A DNA stretch of 64,000 nucleotides from Anaerolineales bacterium (GTDB lineage: Bacteria > Chloroflexota > Anaerolineae > Anaerolineales > UBA6663), in NCBI GenBank assembly GCA_033577755.1, contig JAVQXV010000001.1, positions 843 through 64,842 on the forward strand. The letters are read 5' to 3'. A program made the translations under genes and the position numbers. The notes under the pieces are model-generated. The model was not told where the DNA came from, did no database searches, and saw nothing but the letters and a program-made list of their open reading frames with translations. Shown here one piece after another: positions 47,075 through 57,039 of this stretch. Positions within the stretch are counted from its first letter, which is position 1. Each line of letters opens with the position of its first letter.

Positions 47075-47407
47075 GTGATCAATTCCGAAACATCTCTCAA
47101 CGAAACGACCCGGGCGGAACTCAAGAACGACGCCGTCGTCGGCGGTGTGATGCTATGGGCGGCGCTGCGCTGCACCGCGCAGTACGTGCTCCTGCCGTTC
47201 ATCCTGCCGCTGATAGGCTTGAGCAGCGCGGTCTCTCTCTGGCTCAGCGCCACCATCAGCCTGTTCGCCCTGGGAGTGATGCTCTTCAACCTGAAGCGGC
47301 TGTGGCACAGCCGCTGGCGCCGGCGTTATCTGGCGTTGAGTCTGGTCGCCGGCAGCGCCATTGTGCTGTTCCTGTATCTGGATTTGACCGAGCTGCTCGG
47401 CGCCTAA
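47075..47407 (+). CDS. hypothetical small membrane protein
   Basis: About 110 aa from a GTG start. The longer ORF-track start lies inside the R1 repeat. Three hydrophobic helices. Confidence 0.45.
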   Translation: MINSETSLNETTRAELKNDAVVGGVMLWAALRCTAQYVLLPFILPLIGLSSAVSLWLSATISLFALGVMLFNLKRLWHSRWRRRYLALSLVAGSAIVLFLYLDLTELLGA

Positions 47408-47443
47408 GCAGCGCTGCTGCATCAGGAGGAGGCGCCAGCCCTG

Positions 47444-47869
47444 TCAGCTGCTTTTTTCGGTTCGAATGACGACGGTCATCACGACCGTGGCGGCCACGGC
47501 CAGGGCCGCCACGCTGATCTGGGCAGCGAGTGAAGCCTCACTATAAAACGTAAACAGGTAGGAAGCCCAGGCCACGCTCAACGCCAACAGCTTCACCTTA
47601 AGTGGCAGCGCCCGTTTGGCCTTGAACTCAAAGGCCGTGCGGAGATAAGGTTGCAGCCATGGGCGCGTTAGCATCCAGCGGTACAACCGGTCGGAGCTGC
47701 GCACGTAACAGCCAGCGGCCAGCAACAGGAATGGCGTGGTCGGCAGGCCGGGCAGGAAAATGCCCAGTACGGCCAACCCCAGCGCCAGTGTACCTAACCC
47801 GATCAGAGCCGCCTGCTTTACCAGGGAAAGAGGCTTAGGGTCAGTCCAATTGGCTTCACTATGGCTCAT
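47444..47869 (-). CDS. DUF454 (YbaN-like) inner-membrane protein
   Basis: GIFLPGLPTTPFLLLAAGCYVRSS..L..W is characteristic of YbaN. Confidence 0.75.
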   Translation of the reverse strand: MSHSEANWTDPKPLSLVKQAALIGLGTLALGLAVLGIFLPGLPTTPFLLLAAGCYVRSSDRLYRWMLTRPWLQPYLRTAFEFKAKRALPLKVKLLALSVAWASYLFTFYSEASLAAQISVAALAVAATVVMTVVIRTEKSS

Positions 47870-47930
47870 GGCAAAAAATTACTTTCGCCGGGTTTGCGCA
47901 CCATTATACACTCCGGCTACAATCGCCTCG

Positions 47931-48290
47931 ATGCGTCTCTCCCGCGAACGCTTCGAAGAACTGGTCTTCGACATCGCCGAGGAGGTGATGGCGAAATTGC
48001 CGGACGACCTGCGCGCCGAGGCGGCCACGGTGATGTTGGACATCGCCGACCGCCCACCCAACGACGACCCTGACCTGCTCGGCCTGTACGAGGGCGTGCC
48101 GCTGGTGGAGCGGGGCGCGGACGACTTCCGCCTGCAGCCCGACCGAATCACGCTGTACTACCTGCCGCTGCTTGCCGCCAGCCGGAATGAAGATGAGCTG
48201 CGTCATGAAATCCGTGTCACCCTCATTCATGAACTCGGCCACTTTTTCGGCTTCAACGAGGACGAGCTGGAGCAACGGGGGTGGGCATAG
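47931..48290 (+). CDS. small zinc metallopeptidase-family protein (zinicin-like, DUF1025-type)
   Basis: Start trimmed to MRLSRERF. HExxH present as LIHELGHFFG. Confidence 0.75.
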   Translation: MRLSRERFEELVFDIAEEVMAKLPDDLRAEAATVMLDIADRPPNDDPDLLGLYEGVPLVERGADDFRLQPDRITLYYLPLLAASRNEDELRHEIRVTLIHELGHFFGFNEDELEQRGWA

Positions 48291-48370
48291 TCAGGTAGTC
48301 GAGTGGTCGAGTAGTCGGCTGGTCAGATGGTCGAGTAGTTGGATGGTCATGTGGTCAGTAAGGTGATGAG
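48289..48370. repeat. one-handed low-complexity word array (GGTCGAGTAG / GGTCAG units)
   Basis: GTAGTCGAGTGGTCGAGTAGTCGGCTGGTCAGATGGTCGAGTAGTTGGATGGTCATGTGGTCAG. No complementary arm nearby. Confidence 0.7.
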
Positions 48371-48446
48371 ACCTCCGCTCTATGGCGTGTTTACGCAGGT
48401 TCGCCAGAATCAAACCGAAATGATCACCTTGTAGAGGAGTGGACCT

Positions 48447-49763
48447 GTGAAAAACATCTGTGTCATTGGGGCAGGCTATGTGGGGCTGGTGACCGGCACC
48501 TGCTTCGCCGACCTGGGCAATAATGTGATTGCGCTCGACATCAGCGAAGAGCGCATTGAAAACCTCAAGAAGGGCATTCTGCCGATTTACGAACCGGGCC
48601 TGGAGGAGATGGTGAAGCGCAACGTGGCCGCCGGGCGGCTGAGCTTCACCACCTCGTACGCCGAAGCGCTGGAAAAGGCCGAGTTCGCCTTTATCGCCGT
48701 CGGCACACCGGAGGGCGTGGACGGCGAGGCCGACCTGAAGTACGTGCGCGCCGCCGCCGAGTCCATCGCCGAGCACATGCACCAGCCGCTCATCATCGTC
48801 AACAAGTCCACCGTGCCGGTGGGCACCGGCGACTGGGTGGCGGACATCGTGCGTGCCAAGCAGCCCCGGCCTATTCCCTTCAGCGTGGTCTCCTGCCCCG
48901 AATTTCTGGCCGAAGGCTCGGCGCTGGCCGACTTCATGAACCCGGCCCGCATCGTCCTCGGCTCCACCGACCGCGAGGCCGCCAACAAGGTGGCCGACCT
49001 GCACCTGCCGCTGCGCGCGCCCATCGTCATCACCGACCTTCGCACGGCGGAGATGATTAAGTACGCCTCCAACGCCTTCCTGGCGACCAAAATCTCCTTC
49101 ATCAACGAGATCGCCAACATCTGTGAGGCGCTGGGCGCCGATGTGAAGGAAGTGGCCGCCGGCATGGGCTACGACCCGCGCATCGGCAAGCAGTTCCTCA
49201 ACGCCGGCCTGGGGTGGGGCGGCTCGTGCTTCCCGAAGGACGTGAAGGCACTGGCCTACATGGCAATGGTGCAGGGCAAACATCCGCAACTGTTGCAGGC
49301 CGTCATGGACATCAACAAGTATCAGCGGCGGCAGGTGGTGCTCAAGCTACGCGAAATGCTCGGCACGCTCAAGGGCAAGCACATCGGCCTGCTCGGCCTG
49401 GCCTTCAAGCCGAACACCGATGACATGCGCGAGGCGCCCTCGGTGGAGATCGCCCGCGCCGTGCAGGCCGAAGGCGGCATCGTCAGAGGCTACGACCCGG
49501 TGGCGAGGCACACAGCTGAGCGTGTGATGCCGGGTGTCAAGCTGTGCGCCAGCGCCTACGAAGTGGCCGAGGGCGCGGATGCGCTTGTCGTTTGCACAGA
49601 GTGGAACGAGTTCAAACAATTAGACCTGGCGCGCATCAAGAGTGTGATGCGGCAGCCCGTCATGGTGGACGGACGCAATGTGTACGAGCCGGAGCAGATG
49701 GCGGCACTGGGCTTCAAGTATCGCGGCATGGGCCGCGGCCTCAACGGCAGCCGCGGCCTGTAG
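48447..49763 (+). CDS. ugd: UDP-glucose 6-dehydrogenase
   Basis: 438 aa. [12 protein letters not shown], catalytic [11 protein letters not shown] start with GAGGAG upstream. Confidence 0.9.
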   Translation: MKNICVIGAGYVGLVTGTCFADLGNNVIALDISEERIENLKKGILPIYEPGLEEMVKRNVAAGRLSFTTSYAEALEKAEFAFIAVGTPEGVDGEADLKYVRAAAESIAEHMHQPLIIVNKSTVPVGTGDWVADIVRAKQPRPIPFSVVSCPEFLAEGSALADFMNPARIVLGSTDREAANKVADLHLPLRAPIVITDLRTAEMIKYASNAFLATKISFINEIANICEALGADVKEVAAGMGYDPRIGKQFLNAGLGWGGSCFPKDVKALAYMAMVQGKHPQLLQAVMDINKYQRRQVVLKLREMLGTLKGKHIGLLGLAFKPNTDDMREAPSVEIARAVQAEGGIVRGYDPVARHTAERVMPGVKLCASAYEVAEGADALVVCTEWNEFKQLDLARIKSVMRQPVMVDGRNVYEPEQMAALGFKYRGMGRGLNGSRGL

Positions 49764-49792
49764 GCCTCGGCGAGAGTTTTTGCAAAGGTGAG

Positions 49793-49898
49793 TGCACTGA
49801 AAAAAACGCATCGCGGAGAACATGGAGAGCGCAGAATTCTTCCTTCATTCTCTCCGCGTGCCCTGCGATCTCAGCGGTGAAACATCCTTTTTGCAGTG
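49793..49898 (+). repeat. R2 repeat, full copy
   Basis: GTGCACTGAAAAAAACGCATCGCGGAGAA...TCTCCGCGTGCCCTGCGATCTCAGCGGTGAAACATCCTTTTTGCAGTG. Abuts an R1 copy. Confidence 0.85.
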
Positions 49899-49907
49899 GT
49901 CTCAAAG

Positions 49908-50011
49908 GTGTGCACGCAAAACATGTTAGCCACACCTTGAACGAACGCTGAGCGAAGCTGAAGCGGCAGTTGAAGGGGCGGCACCTTCCCTGGCAACCTT
50001 TGCGTGCACAC
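49908..50011 (-). repeat. R1 repeat, full copy
   Basis: GTGTGCACGCAAAACATGTTAG...CTGGCAACCTTTGCGTGCACAC. Confidence 0.9.
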
Positions 50012-50191
50012 AGTCGGTGATCGGCAACGCCCGCCGATTGCTTTTATAATGGAGCCGAGCCGGGATCGGAAACGTAGAAAGTGAAGGCCGGCAGGGGAAC
50101 ATCGAACATTTTCCTTCTTCAGTTTTCCTTTCCCTCCTGCCGTGCCGACCCGGCGGCTTTTTACCCGGTTTGTGGACCAAAGCGAGGAGGC

Positions 50192-51478
50192 ATGCGAAAG
50201 TCGAACGCTGTCTTCAAGACCAAACTCAAAAACGGTCTGACCGTCCTGCTTAAGGAAGTTCATGTCGCGCCGGTCATCTCGTGGTGGCTGTGGTATCGTG
50301 TCGGCTCACGGCATGAGAGGCCGGGCACCACCGGCGTCAGCCATTGGGTGGAGCACATGTTGTTCAAGGGCACGCGGAAGTTCCCCGGCAACCTCGCCGA
50401 CCGGCAAATCGCCCGCGACGGCGGCGTGCGCAACGCCATGACCTGGATGGATTACACGGCTTACTTCGAGACCCTGCCCGCCGACAAGATTGACTTCGCC
50501 CTGCAACTGGAGGCCGACCGGATGCGCCGGGCGCTGTTCCCGCCCAAAGAGGTCGAGTCAGAGCGCACCGTCATCATCTCCGAGCGGCAGATGTATGAGA
50601 ACGAGCCGACCTTCCGCCTGAGCGAAGAGGTACAAAGCGCCGCGTTCCGCGTCCACCCCTACCATCACGAAGTCATTGGCGATCTGGCCGACCTGCGCAC
50701 GATGACGCGCGATGACTTGTACAATCACTACCGGCGTTACTATGCACCCAACAACGCCATCGCCGTCGCGGTAGGGGATTTCGACCGGAGGCAGATGCTG
50801 GCACGCATCGAGCAGCTCTTCGGCAGGTATAAACCGGTGGCGCTACCGGAGCTACGCCCGCGGCCTGAGCCGGAGCAGCGGGGTGAGCGCCGCATCAGCC
50901 TGAGCGGCGAGGGCGAAACGGCCTACGTGCAAATCGCCTACCACGCGCCCGCAGCCACCGACCCAGACTTCTTCCCCATGGTTGCGCTCGACAGCATCCT
51001 GGCCGGGGCCTCGTCCTTCAACGTCTTCGGCAGCGGCGGAACCAGCAATCGCTCATCGCGGCTGTACCGGGCGCTGGTACAAACCGGCCTGGCCGCCAGC
51101 GTGGGCGGCAACTTCGCGCCGACTGTGGATCCGTATCTGTACACGTTCTATGCAACGGTGCGCGCCGGGCAAACGCCACAAGCCGTGGAGCAGGCCCTCA
51201 ACGCCGAGATCGAGCGCGTGCGCAGTGAACCGGTGAGCGAGGCCGAACTTCACAAAGCCATCAAGCAGGCCAAGGCGCTGTTCGCCTACGGCGCGGAGAG
51301 CGTCACCAACCAGGGCTTCTGGCTGGGCTTTAGTGAGATATTGCAGGATTACACCTGGTTCGAGAACTACCTGCCCCGCTTGGAGGCCGTCACCGTGACC
51401 GACATCCAGCGCGTCGCGCAAAAATACTTCGCGCCGACCAACCGCACCGTCGGTTACTTTACGCCCGAACAAAAATAG
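50192..51478 (+). CDS. M16-family zinc peptidase (catalytic-type subunit)
   Basis: Start trimmed to MRKSNAVF, with GAGGAGG upstream. HxxEH present as HWVEHMLFKGT. Confidence 0.85.
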   Translation: MRKSNAVFKTKLKNGLTVLLKEVHVAPVISWWLWYRVGSRHERPGTTGVSHWVEHMLFKGTRKFPGNLADRQIARDGGVRNAMTWMDYTAYFETLPADKIDFALQLEADRMRRALFPPKEVESERTVIISERQMYENEPTFRLSEEVQSAAFRVHPYHHEVIGDLADLRTMTRDDLYNHYRRYYAPNNAIAVAVGDFDRRQMLARIEQLFGRYKPVALPELRPRPEPEQRGERRISLSGEGETAYVQIAYHAPAATDPDFFPMVALDSILAGASSFNVFGSGGTSNRSSRLYRALVQTGLAASVGGNFAPTVDPYLYTFYATVRAGQTPQAVEQALNAEIERVRSEPVSEAELHKAIKQAKALFAYGAESVTNQGFWLGFSEILQDYTWFENYLPRLEAVTVTDIQRVAQKYFAPTNRTVGYFTPEQK

Positions 51479-51546
51479 AAAGGAGCAAGAGAGAAGCTGG
51501 AGGAAGCGGATGAAAACCGACTTCTTCCTTCTTCCTTCTTCCTTTG
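51479..51546. repeat. low-complexity word patch (GGAGGAAG / CTTCTTCC)
   Basis: Purine words are followed by CTTCTTCCTTCTTCCTTCTTCC. Spans the spacer between the two M16 genes and the first possible start of the second gene. Confidence 0.6.
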
Positions 51547-51548
51547 GA

Positions 51549-52868
51549 ATGCCCAAAGTTCAATCCAAAACGAAAGCCGCTCCCCCTTCTATTCCCGGCC
51601 CCGAGAACATCACCCGCCGTGTGCTGAACAACGGCATCGTCGTGCTGGCGCGCGAGAACTTCACCAGCCCGTCCATCGTAGTGGATGCCGACCTGCGCGT
51701 GGGCGCGCTTTGGCACGGGCGAGAGCAGGCCGGCCTCGCAGACTTCACCGCTGCGGCCCTGATGCGCGGCACCGAGTATCATTCCTTCGAAGAGATTTAT
51801 GAGCAGATCGAATCCGTCGGCGCCAGCCTGAGCGTCTCCGGCGGCACACACACCTCCGGCTTCTATGCCAAGTGCCTGGCCGAAGACCTCGACCTCATCC
51901 TCGGACTGGCCGCCGACGCGCTGCGCCGCCCGACATTCCCGGAAGACGAGATCGAGCGCCTGCGCGGGCAAATCATCACCCGGCTCCAGATCGAAGCCAA
52001 CGACACACGCACGCGTGCCAGCCAGGCCTTCTACGAGCTGGCTTACCCCGAGCATCCGTACAGCATCGAAGAGTCCGGTTACCCTGAGACGATTGCGGCG
52101 CTCACCCGCGACGACCTGGTTCGCTTTCATCGCAACCACTGGGGGCCGCGCGGCATGGTCGTGACCGTAGTGGGAGCGCTGCCCGCCGAAGCCGCCGTGG
52201 CGCTGGTCGAAAAACACTTCGGCGATTGGAGCAACCCGGCGCAGACCGACCAGCCGCCGCTGCCGCCGCTTAAGCCGCTCAACGGCCTGACCCGCCGACA
52301 TGTGCCGATGCCCGGCAAACAACAGAGCGATATCGTCCTGGGCGTGCCCGGCCCCGCGCGCAAGCACCCGCGCTTCTTCGCCGCGCTGTTGGCCAACAAC
52401 ATCCTGGGCGTCTTCGGCATGGGCGGGCGCATCGGCCATCAGGTGCGTGAGAAAAACGGCCTAGCCTACTATGCCGCCAGCAGCCTGAGCGGCGGGTTCG
52501 GCCCGGGCGCCTGGTACGCCTACGCCGGCGTCAACCCCGCCAACGTCCCGCGCGCCATCGAGCTGATGCAGGCCGAGATACGCAAGTTGACGACCAAAAG
52601 AGTCACGCCCGCCGAGCTGGCCGACAATCAGGCTCAGTTCATCGGCCGCCTGCCTCTGCGGCTGGAGACCAACGAAGGAGTCGCCAACATCCTCAGCACC
52701 ATCGAGCTGTTCGACCTCGGCCTGGACTACGTTCAACGTTACCCCGATCTGATCCGCAGCGTCACCCGCGATGACATCCTCGAGGTCGCGCGCGAGTTTC
52801 TGAATGTGGAGAATATGGCGCTGGCGGTGGCGGGGCCGGAGGAGTCATCAGTTATCAGTCATGACTGA
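51549..52868 (+). CDS. M16-family peptidase homologue lacking HxxEH (non-catalytic partner type)
   Basis: M16 N- and C-domains by eye, with no zinc motif. Alternative ATG at 51510 lies inside the word repeat. Confidence 0.8.
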   Translation: MPKVQSKTKAAPPSIPGPENITRRVLNNGIVVLARENFTSPSIVVDADLRVGALWHGREQAGLADFTAAALMRGTEYHSFEEIYEQIESVGASLSVSGGTHTSGFYAKCLAEDLDLILGLAADALRRPTFPEDEIERLRGQIITRLQIEANDTRTRASQAFYELAYPEHPYSIEESGYPETIAALTRDDLVRFHRNHWGPRGMVVTVVGALPAEAAVALVEKHFGDWSNPAQTDQPPLPPLKPLNGLTRRHVPMPGKQQSDIVLGVPGPARKHPRFFAALLANNILGVFGMGGRIGHQVREKNGLAYYAASSLSGGFGPGAWYAYAGVNPANVPRAIELMQAEIRKLTTKRVTPAELADNQAQFIGRLPLRLETNEGVANILSTIELFDLGLDYVQRYPDLIRSVTRDDILEVAREFLNVENMALAVAGPEESSVISHD

Positions 52869-52896
52869 TGACCGAAGACTAATGGCTGAAGACTGA

Positions 52897-53271
52897 ATGT
52901 TACGCACCGGCGTTGACCTGATCGAAGTGGCGCGGGTGGAGGCGGCGCTGACGCGGCACGGTGAGCGTTTTTTGCAGCGCTGTTTCACGGCGCAGGAACG
53001 GGCAGATTGCGCCGGCCGGCCGGCCTCACTGGCGGCGCGCTTTGCCGCTAAAGAGGCCGTCGCCAAAGCGCTGGGCTGTGGCATCGGCGCCGTCGGCTGG
53101 CTGGATATTGAAATTGTCAACGGCCCGGAACGCGAACCGCAGCTGCGCCTGCACGGGACGGCGCGAGAACGCGCCGCGCGGTTGGGATTGAATCGGTGGG
53201 CCATCAGCCTGAGCCACACCCACGAGCACGCCATCGCTGTGGCCGTGGCGCAGGGCAGGCAAGGAGAATGA
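52897..53271 (+). CDS. acpS: holo-[acyl-carrier-protein] synthase
   Basis: GVDLIEV.R, FAAKEAV.KALG, ISLSHT..HA.A. Confidence 0.9.
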   Translation: MLRTGVDLIEVARVEAALTRHGERFLQRCFTAQERADCAGRPASLAARFAAKEAVAKALGCGIGAVGWLDIEIVNGPEREPQLRLHGTARERAARLGLNRWAISLSHTHEHAIAVAVAQGRQGE

Positions 53272-53388
53272 TGAGCAATTCGCGTGCATGCTCAGGCAGC
53301 AACTACAATCAGGGCACGTTCAAACTTCATTTCGCCGGCTAAAATCCCCGTTTTTTCAGAGCACTCAACTCTGGTTTCAAAGTGAGCC

Positions 53389-53445
53389 GTGCGCACGCAG
53401 AAGTTGTCGGACTACCAGAGGGGGTATGGCACGTTGAGTACAAAG
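53389..53445 (+). repeat. decayed R1 end, preceded by a decayed R2 end (53346-53368)
   Basis: GTGCGCACGCAGAAGTTGTCGG compared with GTGTGCACGCAAAGGTTGTCAGG. Upstream CCGTTTTTTCAGAGCACTCA compared with the R2 end GCGTTTTTTCAGTGCACTCA. Confidence 0.55.
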
Positions 53446-53466
53446 GGCATAACAACCCGCACCGCC

Positions 53467-53982
53467 TCACTCTTTCCGTTCCGGCCAAGCCTCCTTCAGT
53501 CGCTGCCAGGTCACGCGCAGGTCTTCGGGAATGACGCGCGTATTGGCGGCCACGGTCATGAAGTTGGTGTCGCCCGTCCAGCGCGGCACGACGTGTAAAT
53601 GCACATGTTCGGCGATGCCGGCTCCCGCCGCCACACCGATGTTCATGCCCACGTTGAAGGCCTGCGGATTATAGAGCGTGCGCAGCGCCGCCAGCCCTTC
53701 GTTGAGCAGCAGCATCAGCTCGGTCAGCGTGGGCGTGTCCAGCTGCTCGGGGCTGGGCGTGTGGGCGTACGGCACCACCATGAAGTGACCGTTGTTGTAA
53801 GGATACCGGTTGAGGATGACGTAGGCGTAGCGGCCCCGCCGAACGATCAAATTCTCGGCGTCGCGCTCCTCGCGCGGCTTATCGCAAAAGATGCAGCCGG
53901 TGCTCTTGAGCAGGCCGGTTGCCGGCGACTGGGAGTTGCTTTGCAGGTAGGTCATGCGCCAGGGAGACCAGAGGTGTTCCAC
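53467..53982 (-). CDS. HIT-family nucleotide hydrolase/phosphorylase (Ap4A phosphorylase-like)
   Basis: N-terminal HLWSPWRM.Y and histidine triad HVHLHVVPRW. GTG start. Confidence 0.85.
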   Translation of the reverse strand: MEHLWSPWRMTYLQSNSQSPATGLLKSTGCIFCDKPREERDAENLIVRRGRYAYVILNRYPYNNGHFMVVPYAHTPSPEQLDTPTLTELMLLLNEGLAALRTLYNPQAFNVGMNIGVAAGAGIAEHVHLHVVPRWTGDTNFMTVAANTRVIPEDLRVTWQRLKEAWPERKE

Positions 53983-54029
53983 GTTGCGGATTGTAACAGA
54001 CTCGGCGGCGGATGGAGTAAAATACTTCC

Positions 54030-54824
54030 GTGCTCCATGCGCAAGAGCTGCTCCATCAACTCAACGGCTGCCGGTTCGGCCATCCGCTCTACGTCTATCA
54101 GCAGATCGGCTCGACCAGCGACCGGGCCAAGCTGCTGGCCGAGAACGGCGCGCCGGAGGGCCTGCTGATCGTGGCCGAGGAACAGACGGCGGGCCGGGGC
54201 CGGGGCGGGCGTGCCTGGCTCACGCCGCCCGACAGCGCGCTGGCCTTCAGCCTGGTGCTGCGACCGGCGCTCACTGCGGAACAGGCCGCGCGTCTGGTCA
54301 TGCTCGCTGGCGTGGCCGTGTGCGAGGCGGTGGAGCAAGTCGCCGAAGTGCAGCCGCGACTCAAGTGGCCCAACGACGTGTTGCTCAACGGCAGGAAGTT
54401 CGCCGGTCTGCTGGCCGAATCGGCGCTGCGCGGCGAAGCGCTGGAGTACGTGGTGCTGGGCATCGGGCTGAACGTGAGCTGGGCGCCCGCGCCGGAGCAG
54501 GTGGACTTCCCGGCGACCTGCCTGCAGGCCGAGGCCGGACGCGAGGTGGATCGTGCCGGGCTGCTGCGCGCCATTCTGCTACGGCTAGAGGCCCGCTATG
54601 GGCAATTGAGCGACGAGGCGGCGTTCCCGACCCTGTTCGCCGATTGGCGGGCGCGGCTGGTGATGCTGGGCGAGCCGGCGGAGCTACGGCTGGAGACGGA
54701 GACGCTGGCGGGCGTGGCCGAAGACGTGGCGGCGGACGGCGCGCTGCTCTTCCGCCTGCCCTCGGGCGAGGTGCGGCGCGTGCTGGCCGGCAACTTGCAC
54801 CTGCGTCCGGCGAGTGCGGTTTGA
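54030..54824 (+). CDS. birA: biotin--[acetyl-CoA-carboxylase] ligase (group I, no HTH)
   Basis: GRGRGGRAW, KWPNDVLLNGRKFAGLL. GTG start. Confidence 0.9.
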   Translation: MLHAQELLHQLNGCRFGHPLYVYQQIGSTSDRAKLLAENGAPEGLLIVAEEQTAGRGRGGRAWLTPPDSALAFSLVLRPALTAEQAARLVMLAGVAVCEAVEQVAEVQPRLKWPNDVLLNGRKFAGLLAESALRGEALEYVVLGIGLNVSWAPAPEQVDFPATCLQAEAGREVDRAGLLRAILLRLEARYGQLSDEAAFPTLFADWRARLVMLGEPAELRLETETLAGVAEDVAADGALLFRLPSGEVRRVLAGNLHLRPASAV

Positions 54825-54879
54825 CGTCCGCTCAAATCGGGCTAGACTTCCGCCCAGGTCATCACTGGAGGGCTGTGCG

Positions 54880-55101
54880 ATGTTCGACAACCTGCGCCAA
54901 CCGGAAAGCAACCGCGACGACGACCTGTACGGGGTCTATAACCTGTCGCGCACCGGCTCGGCCGGCGCCGGAGGGCGTATCCTCGGCCTGACCCCGGCAC
55001 AGTTGTTCATCATCTCGGTGGTGCTTTTCGTCAACGTTGCGCTGCTGAGTTGTTTTGCGCTGGTTGTCTTCGAGAAGATTGACCTGGCGAAGCTGTTCTA
55101 G
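54880..55101 (+). CDS. hypothetical small single-pass membrane protein
   Basis: 73 aa. GGAGGG lies 7 nt upstream of the ATG. One C-terminal TM helix. Confidence 0.5.
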   Translation: MFDNLRQPESNRDDDLYGVYNLSRTGSAGAGGRILGLTPAQLFIISVVLFVNVALLSCFALVVFEKIDLAKLF

Positions 55102-55579
55102 AGCTTATCGGCGGCGCTGCCCGCCTGACCCTCCGCAATCCTTCGTCGCATCCGGGCGATGAAGACCTCCCACACCGGATAGTGGCTGCCCGCCCAAAGG
55201 GTGGCGCGGAACTTTTCTGCCTTGGCCTCCGACCAGCCCAGGTGCTTCTGAGCGTAAAGCGAATAGAAAGCCGTCACGCGGAAGTTGGCCGCGCAGTGGA
55301 TGAGCGTCTTGCCGGGCGGGAGGCCGGCCAGCGTCGCCTCGAAGTCGCTTTCTTTAGGATTGTCTCACGCCACCGGGATGTGAAAGTGTAGTTCAGGCCG
55401 AGCGCGCGGGCCAGCCTGGCTTCGTCCTCCGGCGAGTGCGGCGGGTTGTCGGTGGCGAGGTTGATGACGTTGACCACGCCCTCCTTCGCCGCGGCGCGCA
55501 ACTGCTCCGCCGTTGGCTGGCCGGCGGTGAGGATGTCTTCGCTCACCTTGAGGTAGTTGTAGATTTCTTCGGAACTCAT
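55098..55579 (-). pseudogene. PTP-like phosphatase (DUF442 / BLH-phosphatase-type, HCxxxxR) gene with a frameshift and an in-frame TGA
   Basis: Frame A encodes MSSEEIY..GQPTAEQL..VINL..LGLNY. The family continues in another frame: HFHIPVA*DNPKESDF..TLIHCAANFRVT..., running to the TAG at 55098. The TGA is at 55365-55367. Confidence 0.6.
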
Positions 55580-55597
55580 ATCAGGCCGCTTTCCGCT

Positions 55598-56690
<1,093 letters not shown>

Positions 56691-56702
56691 TCATGAAGTG
56701 CA

Positions 56703-56806
56703 GTGTGCACGCAAAACATATCAGCCGCACCCTGAGCGGACGCTGAGCGAAGCGAGGCGGTAGTCGAAGGGGCGGCACGTTCCCTGACAATCTTTGCGTG
56801 CATACG
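56703..56806 (-). repeat. R1 repeat, full copy
   Basis: GTGTGCACGCAAAACATATCAG...CTGACAATCTTTGCGTGCATAC. Confidence 0.9.
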
Positions 56807-57039
56807 AAGTGTAACCGCGAAGGCGCGAAGCGCGCAAAGGCCGGTACAATTGGGGTGCCTTCCTGGATTTCGACTAGGCCGCTTCCTGAGCAGAGGCCCG
56901 CAGTTTTCTGTGGGCCGCAGTCGAAGGAGCGGCCAATACTCTGGAATGCACCCTGCAATTGGAGTGAAGGCGCCGGTTGAGCGAAGGCAGTCTGGTTGAG
57001 CGAAAGCATAGCCTTCGCTCAACCAGGCAGCCCCCTGTG

